Below, one piece after another: positions 1 through 9,755 of a DNA stretch of 60,185 nucleotides; the stretch's first letter is position 1; every line of letters begins with the position of its first letter. Where the stretch lies: NCBI GenBank assembly GCA_044892525.1, contig CM097885.1, positions 23,252,001 through 23,312,185 on the forward strand. Reading direction: 5' to 3'. The notes below the pieces were generated by a model, which was not told the origin of the DNA, did not search any database, and worked only from the letters and a program-made list of their open reading frames with translations. The position numbers and the translations under genes are program-made. This stretch comes from Schmidtea polychroa. Its lineage: Eukaryota.

Positions 1-2
1 TA

Positions 3-350
3 CCCATAACTTTACCAGTTGTTACTCTTGCACCTGTAATACTTGGAAGTATTTCTGTGGCTGATGGTTTCTTAACTGAAATAGTTTCATTATCTTATAC
101 TTCTAAAAAGAAAAGTTTATATAGAGAAGTTTGTTTATCAATAGAATTAGGAATCTCTAAATTATTTTTATTTCAATTAAAAGCTTTGGAAGATGGAATC
201 CTGACAGACGAAGAAATAATGAAATCAAATCAAATAATACAAGATATAAAGAATGAGGTTATAAGATTAAAAAGGGAGGGCATGGTGGCTAATGTTATAA
301 GTAATAAAAAAACATCTCGAGAAAAATGGTTAAAGAATTCTTACTTATAA
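3..350 (+). CDS. 5'-partial small protein with a hydrophobic segment; probable Polinton accessory ORF
   Basis: The frame is open from position 3 (PITLPVVTLAPVILGSISVADGFL...KALEDGILTDEEI...) and converges on the PolB genes inside the element. Confidence 0.5.
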   Translation, partial: PITLPVVTLAPVILGSISVADGFLTEIVSLSYTSKKKSLYREVCLSIELGISKLFLFQLKALEDGILTDEEIMKSNQIIQDIKNEVIRLKREGMVANVISNKKTSREKWLKNSYL

Positions 351-444
351 AATGGGTGTATTTTTAAAAAAGTAGATCAGGTTGCTATAGTTGCTTAAAT
401 TAATTGTCGACATTTTATTATTAAAAAATTAAATATCGTTGGTT

Positions 445-999
445 TCAGTTATGGTTGAAAGCCAACCTATGAATCATTAATTTATGATCTTTAAATTCTT
501 TATCACTTAGACCTTTTATATATTCAGGATCAGTATTAAAATATTTAAGTTCTAAACATATAGGATTAAAAACTTGAGAATATAAAGGTTTCTCGATTTC
601 TCTCTCGGGATAAATAATTTCAACATTATAAATATCAAGATCAGTAATCTTTGTATCATATAACTTATTCAACTTTTCTAGATTTTTTATTATAGGGATT
701 AAATTATTTCCAATAGGTAGAGTTGTCTTTAAATCACTTAGTATGAATCTCTTATCATCATAATTTGATAATGATATTTTTTGAGATTCTATCAAGTGAA
801 TATCATGGTTTTCACTTTTAAGTTGATGTATTTCATCAATTTTATCTTTATGATTTGGATTCAATGTATCTATATAATCTTGATGAGAAAGATTCTTTGC
901 AACCACTCTCTGTATTCCTTTACATCTGTTATCCATTAAATTAGTAATATTTTTTATAATTTCAAAAATGTTATTTTCTTGATTTTTAGTTTCCATCAT
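445..999 (-). CDS. Stand-alone duplicate of the PolB C-terminal region (184 aa)
   Basis: KGIQRVVAKNLSHQDY...NYDDKRFILSDLKTTLPIGNNLIPIIKNL...ELKYFNTDPEYI aligns collinearly with the last ~165 aa of the 1024-4851 protein. Confidence 0.7.
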   Translation of the reverse strand: MMETKNQENNIFEIIKNITNLMDNRCKGIQRVVAKNLSHQDYIDTLNPNHKDKIDEIHQLKSENHDIHLIESQKISLSNYDDKRFILSDLKTTLPIGNNLIPIIKNLEKLNKLYDTKITDLDIYNVEIIYPEREIEKPLYSQVFNPICLELKYFNTDPEYIKGLSDKEFKDHKLMIHRLAFNHN

Positions 1000-1023
1000 T
1001 TTATAGTGTTAAAATTCTAATTC

Positions 1024-4000
1024 TTAGACCAGTCGTAATTGATTTATAATTATTTCTGCAGTAATGCTTTTTAACATTAATTTATGTGATTTAAAGTCTT
1101 CTGGTGTTAGTCCTTGGATATATTCAGGATCAGTATTAAAATATTTAAGTTCTATAGGTTTTATATTTTGAACTTGGTTATATAAAGGTTTAGGAATTAA
1201 TATTTCAGGATATTGGATTTCTACTTTAGCAAGTTGAAGGTCTGTAATCTCTAGGTTATAAATTTCATTTATTTTATCAAGATTTTTTATTATAGGGATT
1301 AAATCATTTCCAATAGGTAATGTTGTCTTCAAGTCAGAAAGTATAAATCTTTTATCATCATAATTTGTTATAGCAATCTTGTTACACTCTTCAAGATATA
1401 TATTATGTTTCTCTGATTTAAGATGATGGGTTTTAGCAATTTTATTTTTATAATTTATATTTAATGAATCTTTATACTCTTGATGTGTGAAGGTTTTTGA
1501 CACTGATTTTTGAATTCCTTTACTTTTATTTTCTTTATAGCTTTTCGGGTTTTCAGGGAATGAAGGATATTCAAATGTGTGATCTATTTCAACAGATCCT
1601 TCTCCCTCCCCTATTATAAATTTTATTGTATGCTCTTTCATAATTGGTTTGTCTTTCATTTCAAGAGAATATTGTTTAGGTCTAATAAACACTCCTCCAC
1701 TTATTGGAGTATTTGGTTTTTCATCTTTAAAAGTAAATAATTCTCCAGAGTTGTTTATTAATTTATTTAAGGTTTCGTTTTCACTTATTTCCTTTTTTAA
1801 ATCTTTACTATGACCTTTTAAAAACATACTATCAGTGTCCATAGCATGCATGGATATTCGATCTCCAAAATGGGGTACTAGAACATCATAGTAGGCTTCA
1901 TACATTTGAAGCTTTGAAAGTTCTAAAATTGAAAACCCTATAAAGATTGGTTTATTATAAGTTTTTACAGAGTTTTTAATCTCTAGGGCTATAAGGTTAC
2001 TAGAGAATATCTCGGCATTTTTAAATGTGGGCTTTCCAATTATCCGGTTGTACCTATTAAGGTCTTTGGATGTATTGGTCAAAAGCTCTACACGTGTGTA
2101 CTTGTCTATATTCTCCATGGTCTTTCCAAAGACCGCATTGTTCAGGAGTTTGTAAATCATATCAAGAAATGCATTTCCAGCTCTCTTTGCTGCATTTCTT
2201 TTCAAAATATTTCCCTCTATGAATTTTTTCATAAAAGGGGCTTGTCGAAATTTAATAATGGAATGTACTTTTTTTAAAACCATTCCATGGGAGAGATAAA
2301 ACTGAAGGAGTCTATAATGACAAAGGTAATCAGTTTTATCGGTCTGATCGCATAAAAGTTTTATACAGGGCGATCTATCCTGAGCCATCTGCCAGTCTGA
2401 AAGTTCTTCAGTCGAGATCTTTCTTCTTACTGGAGCAAATGGAAAGAATCTTGTCCTGGATTTTATTTCATTGGGATATTCAAGATCGCATTCTTTGACA
2501 TATCCATATTGTGAATTCTTTGGTGTTTTTAGAATTTCTTGTATTAATTCCTCAGTGGGCTCTTCCCAGGTGAACTTGCCAATTGGAAGGTATTGAGTCA
2601 TTACTCCTGCATATAAAGCTGTTGCATCTATATACATTATTTCAGAAGGATTAGAAAGACCTTCCAGTATTTCCTCACGATCTTCTGGGTTTGTTATTTC
2701 TACATATAGAGCATCAGTATCTTTGAAAAATTTAGGATAAAGAGTTGTAAAATTATTAGCATTTATTTCTCTATTCCCTTGTACTGAAGAAATACCTCCT
2801 CTAATATTATGTTTATATACATTAAACATATCAAGGTCAACTAATAATTCAATGGTTTTATTTCTTTCTGCTATGTCTTCATCGGTCCATATGCTATATA
2901 ATAATATATCCCAAGCTAGAGAGGGAGCGGTTATATAATTATAAGGTTTTAATTCAAAACCTTTTGAAAATGTCTCGAAGCAATCAGCTAAGATATAAAC
3001 ATCTAAGGAAAGATACATGTCAGTATATTCTCCAAGGTTTCTACAGTTGAAAAGATTCCACATTTTAAGTGCACGGGAATATTCCTGATCAGAAATCCCT
3101 GATTGTGTTAAAACAGAAAAGAAATCTTCTTGAGCTGGGAGTAATTCATTATATTTTTCAAAGGAGTCTATATAATCATATGGATAGATTCCTTTTGCTA
3201 GACAGGTATTATATTCCTCTAATGGAATATTGTTTTTTAATAACACATGTTCTTTTGTATATTTAAAATCCTCAGGGTTCATAGTTTTAGCAATCCCATC
3301 CAAAGACATCCCTAAGAAATTTAACGAGTCCAAAAACTTAAAGCATCCATATTGAATGCTTTTATATTTTTCTTTTGTAAGTCCAATAACCTTGAAAGAG
3401 TTTTTAGCATTTGCGGCCAGATGCTTAATGAATAGGTGAATATCATAGCCAAAAAGATTGTGAAATATAAATGGTATGTGTGTTGGTTTTTTACAATTGA
3501 GATTACATTTTTTATGGGCTGCTCCTCTGTAATTATTTTCTCTTTTAAAATGATCATGGTCTGCAACCTTTGGCTCCTCATCCTCAAACTCTTGTTTGCA
3601 CATCCAGCAGTGTGTTGCATTTTTATATTCTTCCTCTTGTTCTTCTGAAAAATTCATAGGAAAGTTGGATTTTAATATTATATATAATTCATGTTCTAGA
3701 TTATTTAAAGTTTCAACAAAATGGTCTAGAGTCTCTTTGTCAGAAGTTCCCCTAAATGAATATTCTCTAGATTCTACAAGTTCTGGATAATTACTTTTGA
3801 AAAACATTTTATAAGCAGAGGGTAATTGTTTTGTTAGTTTTACAGTATTAGTTTTTGTTCGTCTTAGTTTTACATTTATAGCTTCAAAATCACAATAAAA
3901 CACTCCCAATGCTTCTAATAGATTGGAATAGTTTTTAAACCTCATATTAGCATTTTTCTTGTGTGGCATTTTTATTAAAGCAGGTTGATTCTTACAACAG

Positions 4001-4851
4001 AGTCTCTCATGTTTAATAGCAGCAAGTTTTGAACTTGAATGATATAAACATCTTTTACAACATATGCCTCCACGAATGAGTGTGTTTCCTTTCATAAAAC
4101 TTTGAAAATTCTTTATTAAGATATAATGAAGTTTTTTATCTAACATAGTGCCTCCGGACGCAGTGCTTTCTGCTTCTGGTTCTAATGAAATGCCTTCTTC
4201 TGCTTCCATAACCTTCGGGTGAATACTTTGAACCTCTTCACCATATTCTTCTCCATCAAAGTCTTCATCTGGTTTACCTTCTTCTAATATTAAAAGATCT
4301 ACTTCTCTCTTTTCATCTGAGATTTCCATGTTAGAAATGTAAATAGGAATAATGTGTTTATAATTTTTATTTTTTCTAGTTTTTGTAATTTTGGTTGGAA
4401 TGAATTGATAAATATTAATTTTAAGATTATTTAATTTTTCAAATGCTGGAACATCTTCAATTTTCATTGGGTGGGAAAAATCTTTTGGATAAATTAATTC
4501 AGATTCATATTCTTCATATTTTTGAACTCTCTGTGGGTTAGTTGCTTGAGGATGTAAGTGTGCAAGTATTGACCATTGAAAACATTTATTATCTTTATTC
4601 TGTACATTTATAACATGGTTGGAGGTGAATGGTGTGTGAATAAAAGATTTAGGATTTGGTGGTGCGCCTCTCCAGTATTCAATCTCTATATTTTGAAAAG
4701 AGTGGAATCTTAAATTAGATTCTCCTAGTTCTTGTTCCACCTGTTCTTGTTTTTCTTCCAATTCTTTAGCTATATCATTAACAAGTTTATTTCCTGCTTT
4801 TGTAGAAAATAAATATTTATATGAGGTTTCAATTTTTACATCTAGAGGCAT
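1024..4851 (-). CDS. polB: Protein-primed family B DNA polymerase (pPolB) with an inserted endonuclease-VII-like Zn module
   Basis: ExoI FYCDFEA, ExoII FHNLFGYDIH, ExoIII YLSLDV; motif A YIDATALY, motif B KLLNNAVFGK, motif C MDTDS; CWMC...DHDH...YRGAAHKKCN insert. The frame stays open upstream of the ATG to 4944. Confidence 0.93.
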   Translation of the reverse strand: MPLDVKIETSYKYLFSTKAGNKLVNDIAKELEEKQEQVEQELGESNLRFHSFQNIEIEYWRGAPPNPKSFIHTPFTSNHVINVQNKDNKCFQWSILAHLHPQATNPQRVQKYEEYESELIYPKDFSHPMKIEDVPAFEKLNNLKINIYQFIPTKITKTRKNKNYKHIIPIYISNMEISDEKREVDLLILEEGKPDEDFDGEEYGEEVQSIHPKVMEAEEGISLEPEAESTASGGTMLDKKLHYILIKNFQSFMKGNTLIRGGICCKRCLYHSSSKLAAIKHERLCCKNQPALIKMPHKKNANMRFKNYSNLLEALGVFYCDFEAINVKLRRTKTNTVKLTKQLPSAYKMFFKSNYPELVESREYSFRGTSDKETLDHFVETLNNLEHELYIILKSNFPMNFSEEQEEEYKNATHCWMCKQEFEDEEPKVADHDHFKRENNYRGAAHKKCNLNCKKPTHIPFIFHNLFGYDIHLFIKHLAANAKNSFKVIGLTKEKYKSIQYGCFKFLDSLNFLGMSLDGIAKTMNPEDFKYTKEHVLLKNNIPLEEYNTCLAKGIYPYDYIDSFEKYNELLPAQEDFFSVLTQSGISDQEYSRALKMWNLFNCRNLGEYTDMYLSLDVYILADCFETFSKGFELKPYNYITAPSLAWDILLYSIWTDEDIAERNKTIELLVDLDMFNVYKHNIRGGISSVQGNREINANNFTTLYPKFFKDTDALYVEITNPEDREEILEGLSNPSEIMYIDATALYAGVMTQYLPIGKFTWEEPTEELIQEILKTPKNSQYGYVKECDLEYPNEIKSRTRFFPFAPVRRKISTEELSDWQMAQDRSPCIKLLCDQTDKTDYLCHYRLLQFYLSHGMVLKKVHSIIKFRQAPFMKKFIEGNILKRNAAKRAGNAFLDMIYKLLNNAVFGKTMENIDKYTRVELLTNTSKDLNRYNRIIGKPTFKNAEIFSSNLIALEIKNSVKTYNKPIFIGFSILELSKLQMYEAYYDVLVPHFGDRISMHAMDTDSMFLKGHSKDLKKEISENETLNKLINNSGELFTFKDEKPNTPISGGVFIRPKQYSLEMKDKPIMKEHTIKFIIGEGEGSVEIDHTFEYPSFPENPKSYKENKSKGIQKSVSKTFTHQEYKDSLNINYKNKIAKTHHLKSEKHNIYLEECNKIAITNYDDKRFILSDLKTTLPIGNDLIPIIKNLDKINEIYNLEITDLQLAKVEIQYPEILIPKPLYNQVQNIKPIELKYFNTDPEYIQGLTPEDFKSHKLMLKSITAEIIINQLRLV

Positions 4852-4904
4852 TGCGATTGAATCATCTCCTCTCCAGTATTTTGCATTTCCTGTAAATTTA
4901 ACTT

Positions 4905-5405
4905 TTATAACATTAAATCTTGATCTACCAAATTTTTTATAGCATCATCCATTGATGATATTATTTTTTTTTTATTTTCTCTTACATATTGCATGATTGA
5001 TCTGGGTCCTCGTTTTACTTCTACAATTACATCGGTGTGATTGAAGTTGTCCCAATTAAACTCTAGTTTTTCAGCTTTTTCAGTCATTGAGTTTGAATCA
5101 GAATCTTTTGCTTCAAGACCACAATCTTCTATGTGTCTTAAGTAAAAAGATTTTATCTTCATCTTTTTTCCACATGCTGAACATTCGAATATTTCTCTGT
5201 TTTTAGGAACTCCAATACAATTTTTAAAATGCTTCTTATAACCTGAAAATAAATATCTATCCTTACATTTAGAACAGATTTTGGAATTAGTGTCATCTAG
5301 TGTGTTAACTTTTATTAAATGGTCTTTTGATTTTTTATGAGATGTTAAAGCAGTTTTATTTTTAAAATTTTTTTCACAAATTTCACAATTGAAAATAGCT
5401 TCCAT
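4905..5405 (-). CDS. Zinc-finger protein; probably the N-terminus of pPolB separated by a -1 frameshift
   Basis: CEIC...HKKSKDH, CSKC...HFKNC and CSAC...HIEDC fingers. Its 3' end overlaps the open PolB frame across 4905-4944. Confidence 0.7.
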   Translation of the reverse strand: MEAIFNCEICEKNFKNKTALTSHKKSKDHLIKVNTLDDTNSKICSKCKDRYLFSGYKKHFKNCIGVPKNREIFECSACGKKMKIKSFYLRHIEDCGLEAKDSDSNSMTEKAEKLEFNWDNFNHTDVIVEVKRGPRSIMQYVRENKKKIISSMDDAIKNLVDQDLML

Positions 5406-5565
5406 TTTTAAAAGAATTTTTTGGTTGAATACGATGTTTTGGTTTTGATATTAATTTTTATTTTTTTTAAATCTAAAAGTGATCAGGCGACCTAGATCAT
5501 TATGAATTAGGTAATCTGATATTCTTATAACATTAAATCCTTATAACATTAAATCCTTAAGACCA

Positions 5566-5810
5566 AGTAGTGAGGAATCTATGCACCCCGTTACCTTTTC
5601 TCGGAATTACTAATCTATAAATACATCTATTCCGAACTTTTTTACTTTTAAGGGAAGAAATTAAGGGTTAATGGCAATAGGGGACAAAGTTTAAAAGTTA
5701 AAAAAGTGAAGAATATGGGGTAAAAAAGCATATAAATGTGGAAAATATGGGTCAATAGCGCTGTTTTTTTTGAGGGTGGGGGTGCTGGGGTGCATAGATT
5801 CCTCACTACT
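5566..5810. repeat. 24-bp perfect inverted repeat AGTAGTGAGGAATCTATGCACCCC (5566-5589 / 5787-5810) at the Polinton terminus
   Basis: Read directly; the two copies are exact reverse complements. Confidence 0.95.
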
Positions 5811-6247
5811 GATCAGAAATAATACTATAAAATAACCTCTGAGGAGAGAATCCGACAAAACTAATTCCGTAAAAGATTAGAAAAGATATTACCTATTAAT
5901 CTCTGAAGCAACCTCTGAGGAGAGAATCCGACAAAACTAATTCAGTAAAAGATTAGGAAAGATATTACCTACTAATCTCTGAAGCAACTTCGGGGACAAA
6001 GTGGTTAATTTTTTTTGTATTGTTAAATAAAAGTTTTAGTATCATAATTGTTATACTGTTATATTTATTTTTATTTTTATTCATCACCACACAGCCTGCA
6101 CCCCGATTGTCCCAACACATTTTTTTGGTGACTCTATCGGGCTCTTCAAATTCTCCTACAAAATAACATAAATTAACAATAATTAACAATAATAACAATA
6201 AAAACAATAATTTATTAACTATAATAACAACCATAACCCCCATAACA
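5811..6247 (+). repeat. Gypsy 5' LTR (5'-truncated by the Polinton)
   Basis: Matches 27332-27768, ends in ...ATAACA, and contains a 76-bp tandem duplication (5834-5985). Confidence 0.92.
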
Positions 6248-6249
6248 AC

Positions 6250-6261
6250 TGGTGTCAGAAG
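6250..6261 (+). promoter_or_regulatory. Primer-binding site TGGTGTCAGAAG (complementary to the 3' end of tRNA-Leu)
   Basis: Lies 2 nt after the LTR CA, begins TGG, and is complementary to ...CUUCUGACACCA. Confidence 0.75.
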
Positions 6262-6446
6262 CAAAGCAAACACAACACGACACTCGCATTCGACGATTTT
6301 TTTCAATCACTACGCCTTTCAGTATACTTATTATAGAAGTATAAAGGATAGTGACTCTTTTGGCTGAACACAGTAAGCCATATCCTTGAACAATCTCATT
6401 TTTTGTAACACAACAAGCAATAAAAAAAACATCAACAAACCAATTA

Positions 6447-7622
6447 ATGGCATCAAATCAAACAAATCCAACAAACATTTCACAAACACCCAATAATAAC
6501 GAAAACACACACATGATGGAAAATACGAATTACTACTATAACCCAAACACTAGCACAGATAATACACACACCATAAACTCAGTAATTAACCCAAGAACAA
6601 ACATCCCAAACTACTTTAGTGACGAAAATGGGACACCCCAAAAATGGCTTGAATTTGCTAAATTAACCCTAACCCTATCGGGAATAAAGTCAACGAAAAC
6701 GCTATGTTCAAACATTATCGCTGCACTCCCAAGTAGCAAACTGAACGAAATAGCTGACCAAATTGAGGAAATCTCAAAGAGCGAAGACCCGTTCAACAAG
6801 CTTTCCAACGTCCTAACAAACAAAAACAAAATCAACAGGAGGCAAATGCTGGAATCATGTCTCAACAACACACAACTTGGCGACAATAAACCAACAGATT
6901 TCCTTTGCCAACTAAAACAAAAATTGGAGTACCTCCAACCAAACATCACTAATTCGGGATCAAATGAATTAGTAAAAGAATTTTTCATGCGAGCAATGCC
7001 GCCCGAAATAAGACGTATACTCGCAGCCAGTAGCAATTCGGACGTAGAAACGCTAGCAGACATAGCAGATAAAATCAATGAAGAAATTTATCCTACTATA
7101 TGCAGCACACAAAATTACAACAAAAACAAAACTAATCACAACAACCAATCAAACAACAAAAACACTGAATCAAATGAAACAACAAACCGATTAATAAACA
7201 CTTTGATCAGCAAATTCGACGAAATAATTGTCGAAAACAGACAAATAAAAGCGGAACTAGCCGAAATAAAAGAGAAATACAACAGGCAAAATTTCAATCC
7301 AAACGAAAACAGAGACCTATTCAACAGAAACAATTTCAACACAGACCAACTATCATATAATCACAACAGACAAAACCATGACCGACCATCTAACGGATAC
7401 AACAGACAGAACTACAGCCACAGACAATCCCCAAACAGCCACTACAGAAACCGGTCAAACTCCCCAAACCGATGTAACAATTACCGAAACAGCAGCCCAG
7501 AAAGGGATTCAAGAAATGATTTCCTAAACAAAAACCACTGCTACTTCCATAATAAATTCGGCGACAAAGCATATAAATGCATAAAACCCTGCGAATTCCA
7601 CAAAACAGAGCAGGAAAACTAA
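6447..7622 (+). CDS. gag: Gypsy Gag
   Basis: LGDNKPTDFL capsid-like segment and C-terminal CYFHNKFGDKAYKCIKPC box. Ends in the slippery site G GAA AAC (7613-7619), with pol in the -1 frame. Confidence 0.9.
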   Translation: MASNQTNPTNISQTPNNNENTHMMENTNYYYNPNTSTDNTHTINSVINPRTNIPNYFSDENGTPQKWLEFAKLTLTLSGIKSTKTLCSNIIAALPSSKLNEIADQIEEISKSEDPFNKLSNVLTNKNKINRRQMLESCLNNTQLGDNKPTDFLCQLKQKLEYLQPNITNSGSNELVKEFFMRAMPPEIRRILAASSNSDVETLADIADKINEEIYPTICSTQNYNKNKTNHNNQSNNKNTESNETTNRLINTLISKFDEIIVENRQIKAELAEIKEKYNRQNFNPNENRDLFNRNNFNTDQLSYNHNRQNHDRPSNGYNRQNYSHRQSPNSHYRNRSNSPNRCNNYRNSSPERDSRNDFLNKNHCYFHNKFGDKAYKCIKPCEFHKTEQEN

Positions 7623-8227
7623 AAATGTCACCATTGATAGCACCCACATTTGGTGACAATAATAATACTTTCACGGTGCATTCAAACAATACAGATTTTC
7701 TAATCGACACAGGTTCGGTGATCTCCCTATTACCACACTACCTATACAAAAATACAAAAACTACAGAAAAGTCACTAACCGCTGCCAATGGCTCCAAAAT
7801 TAAAACATTTGGCCAACATACAATAACACTCATAATAAATTCAAAAAAATACAATTGGCCATTCACAATTGCAGAAGTACAACAGTCAATAATCGGGGCC
7901 GATTTCTTAGCAAATTACAACCTAATAATGGACTGCCGAAACAAGAAAATAGTCGAAAACAACAAAACAGACAAAGAAACAGTCAGGAACACAACATCAA
8001 ACTTTTCGAAAGTAGACATCGGCGTGATTCAAACAAGAAGACCAACTATCAAAACAATTAAAACTATTGAACACGTACCAGAAATAGCCACACTACTGGC
8101 AAAATACGATAAACTCTGCGAACCAGTAACTTTCGATGGAAATTCAAACCACACTACTGAACACGCAATACTGACAAACGGAAACCCAGTCCACTCAAAA
8201 GTAAGACCACTGGATCCAAAAAAATAG
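7577..8227 (+). CDS. pol: Gypsy Pol part 1: aspartic protease
   Basis: FLIDTGS and IIGADFL motifs. The frame breaks at an A-run (8218-8224); one extra base gives DPKK-x-EITKNIFNELLENN, joining the RT frame. Confidence 0.88.
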   Translation: MHKTLRIPQNRAGKLKMSPLIAPTFGDNNNTFTVHSNNTDFLIDTGSVISLLPHYLYKNTKTTEKSLTAANGSKIKTFGQHTITLIINSKKYNWPFTIAEVQQSIIGADFLANYNLIMDCRNKKIVENNKTDKETVRNTTSNFSKVDIGVIQTRRPTIKTIKTIEHVPEIATLLAKYDKLCEPVTFDGNSNHTTEHAILTNGNPVHSKVRPLDPKK

Positions 8228-8256
8228 AAATCACAAAAAATATATTTAACGAACTG

Positions 8257-9755
8257 TTGGAAAATAATATAATAAAACATTCAAACTCAGAATGGTCTTC
8301 AGCACTGATGCTAAAACAAAAAGCTAACGGGGAATGGAGAGCTTGTGGCGATTACAGACTCCTGAACAAAATAACAGAGCCCGACAGCTATCCATTACCG
8401 ATAATAAAAGACATAATAAATCGACTAAATGGCGCAAAATATTTTTCAAAAATTGACCTACAAAAAGCATATCATCAGATCCCAATTAGAAAAGAGGACA
8501 TCAAAAAGACAGCAATAACAACACCGATCGGCATGTTCGAATACAACCGAATGCCTTTCGGTCTACGAAACGCCGCAGCAACTTTCCAACGATTCATGGA
8601 TCAAACAATGAAAAACAACAAAAACACAATCGCTTATCTGGACGACATCCTAATAACAAGCCCAGACAAAGAAACACATCTAAAGGACGTGGAAAAAGTG
8701 TTCAAAACGCTGGACAATGCAAAACTAAAAATAAACACTCAAAAGTGCAAATTTATGAAAACGGAAATAAATTTCCTTGGTCACACGCTAAACGACAAAG
8801 GAACACAACCAATAGAAAACAAAATAAACAATATAAAAAATTACAAACTGCCGATAAACACAAGAGAGTTGAGGAGATTTCTAGGAATGGTAAACTTTTA
8901 TCATTCTTACATCCCAAACTGCAGTAAATTACTAGCACCACTAAACGATGTTATCAAAACAAAACGGAATATCACAATAAACTGGACACAACAAACAACC
9001 GACACATTCAATAAAGCCAAAGAAAGCCTATCAACGGCAACACTACTCGGTTACCCAGATCCAGAACTAGAGTACCAACTAACTACAGACTGTTCTGGTT
9101 TTGCAATGGGCGCAACAATTTTCCAGGAAAATAAATTCGGCAAACAACCACTGGGATTTTTCTCGAAAAAACTAAAATCACATCAAACAAGATACTCAAC
9201 ATTCGACAGAGAACTCCTAGCAATACACGAAGCAATCAAACACTTTCAACATTTACTCGAAGGACGAACCTTCAAGATATACACGGATCACAAACCGCTA
9301 ACAAACGCAATAGAAATGAAAAACCCTTCACCAAGGCAGATTAGACAAATCAATTTCATCTCACAATTCAACTGCACAATAAACTACGTAGCAGGAAAAT
9401 CAAACATAGCAGCAGATGCTCTATCCAGAATTGAAAGTGACATAAACGCCCTAGAATTCGAAGAGATAATTGAATTGGATCAAATTAAATCCAAACAAAA
9501 TGAAACAATTAACAAACTCCCCACTAAACACAGTTTGAAACTACAAGAATTCAACGGAGTATGGCACGACGTCTCCAACGAAAGCAACAAACGAATATTA
9601 CTCCCGGAGGAATTCCGCCAAAACTGTATCGAAAAGATACACAAGATTAATCACCCGGGAAACAAAGTAACATTCGAGCTAATACATAACAACTATATAT
9701 GGCCTAACATGCGGAAAGATATCAAAAACTACGTCAAGAGTTGTCACAGCTGCCA
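8257..9755 (+). CDS. pol: Gypsy Pol part 2: reverse transcriptase, RNase H and integrase HHCC finger (cut by insertion)
   Basis: WRACGDYR, IDLQKAYHQI, MPFGLRNA, YLDD, TDCSG, DRELLA, TDHKPL, ADALSR, H...HPG...CHSC. Confidence 0.95.

Larger units (their letters stand above)
1..5810 (-). mobile_element. One end of a Polinton/Maverick (adintovirus-like) element, inserted into a Gypsy 5' LTR; the other end is outside the window
   Basis: Protein-primed family-B polymerase ORF. The terminus reads AGTAGTGAGG... on the minus strand from 5810, typical of Polintons. Sequence from 5811 (GATCAGAAAT...) matches the Gypsy 3' LTR from 27332 onward, so the 5' LTR is cut exactly at this terminus. Confidence 0.85.

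Noticed and set aside
3069..3790. Short ORFs overlapping polB, and similar ones overlapping gag/pol, the hAT transposase, the MFS genes and synaptotagmin
   Set aside because: Antisense or alternate-frame shadows of well-supported genes.
5481..5486. GATCAG matching the 6 bp after the Polinton terminus as a possible TSD
   Set aside because: It is not adjacent to any AGT terminus (80 bp from 5566); likely chance.
5965..6306. 113-aa and 96-aa hydrophobic minus-strand ORFs (also 27486-27776)
   Set aside because: Antisense translation of low-complexity LTR sequence; duplicated because the LTR is duplicated.
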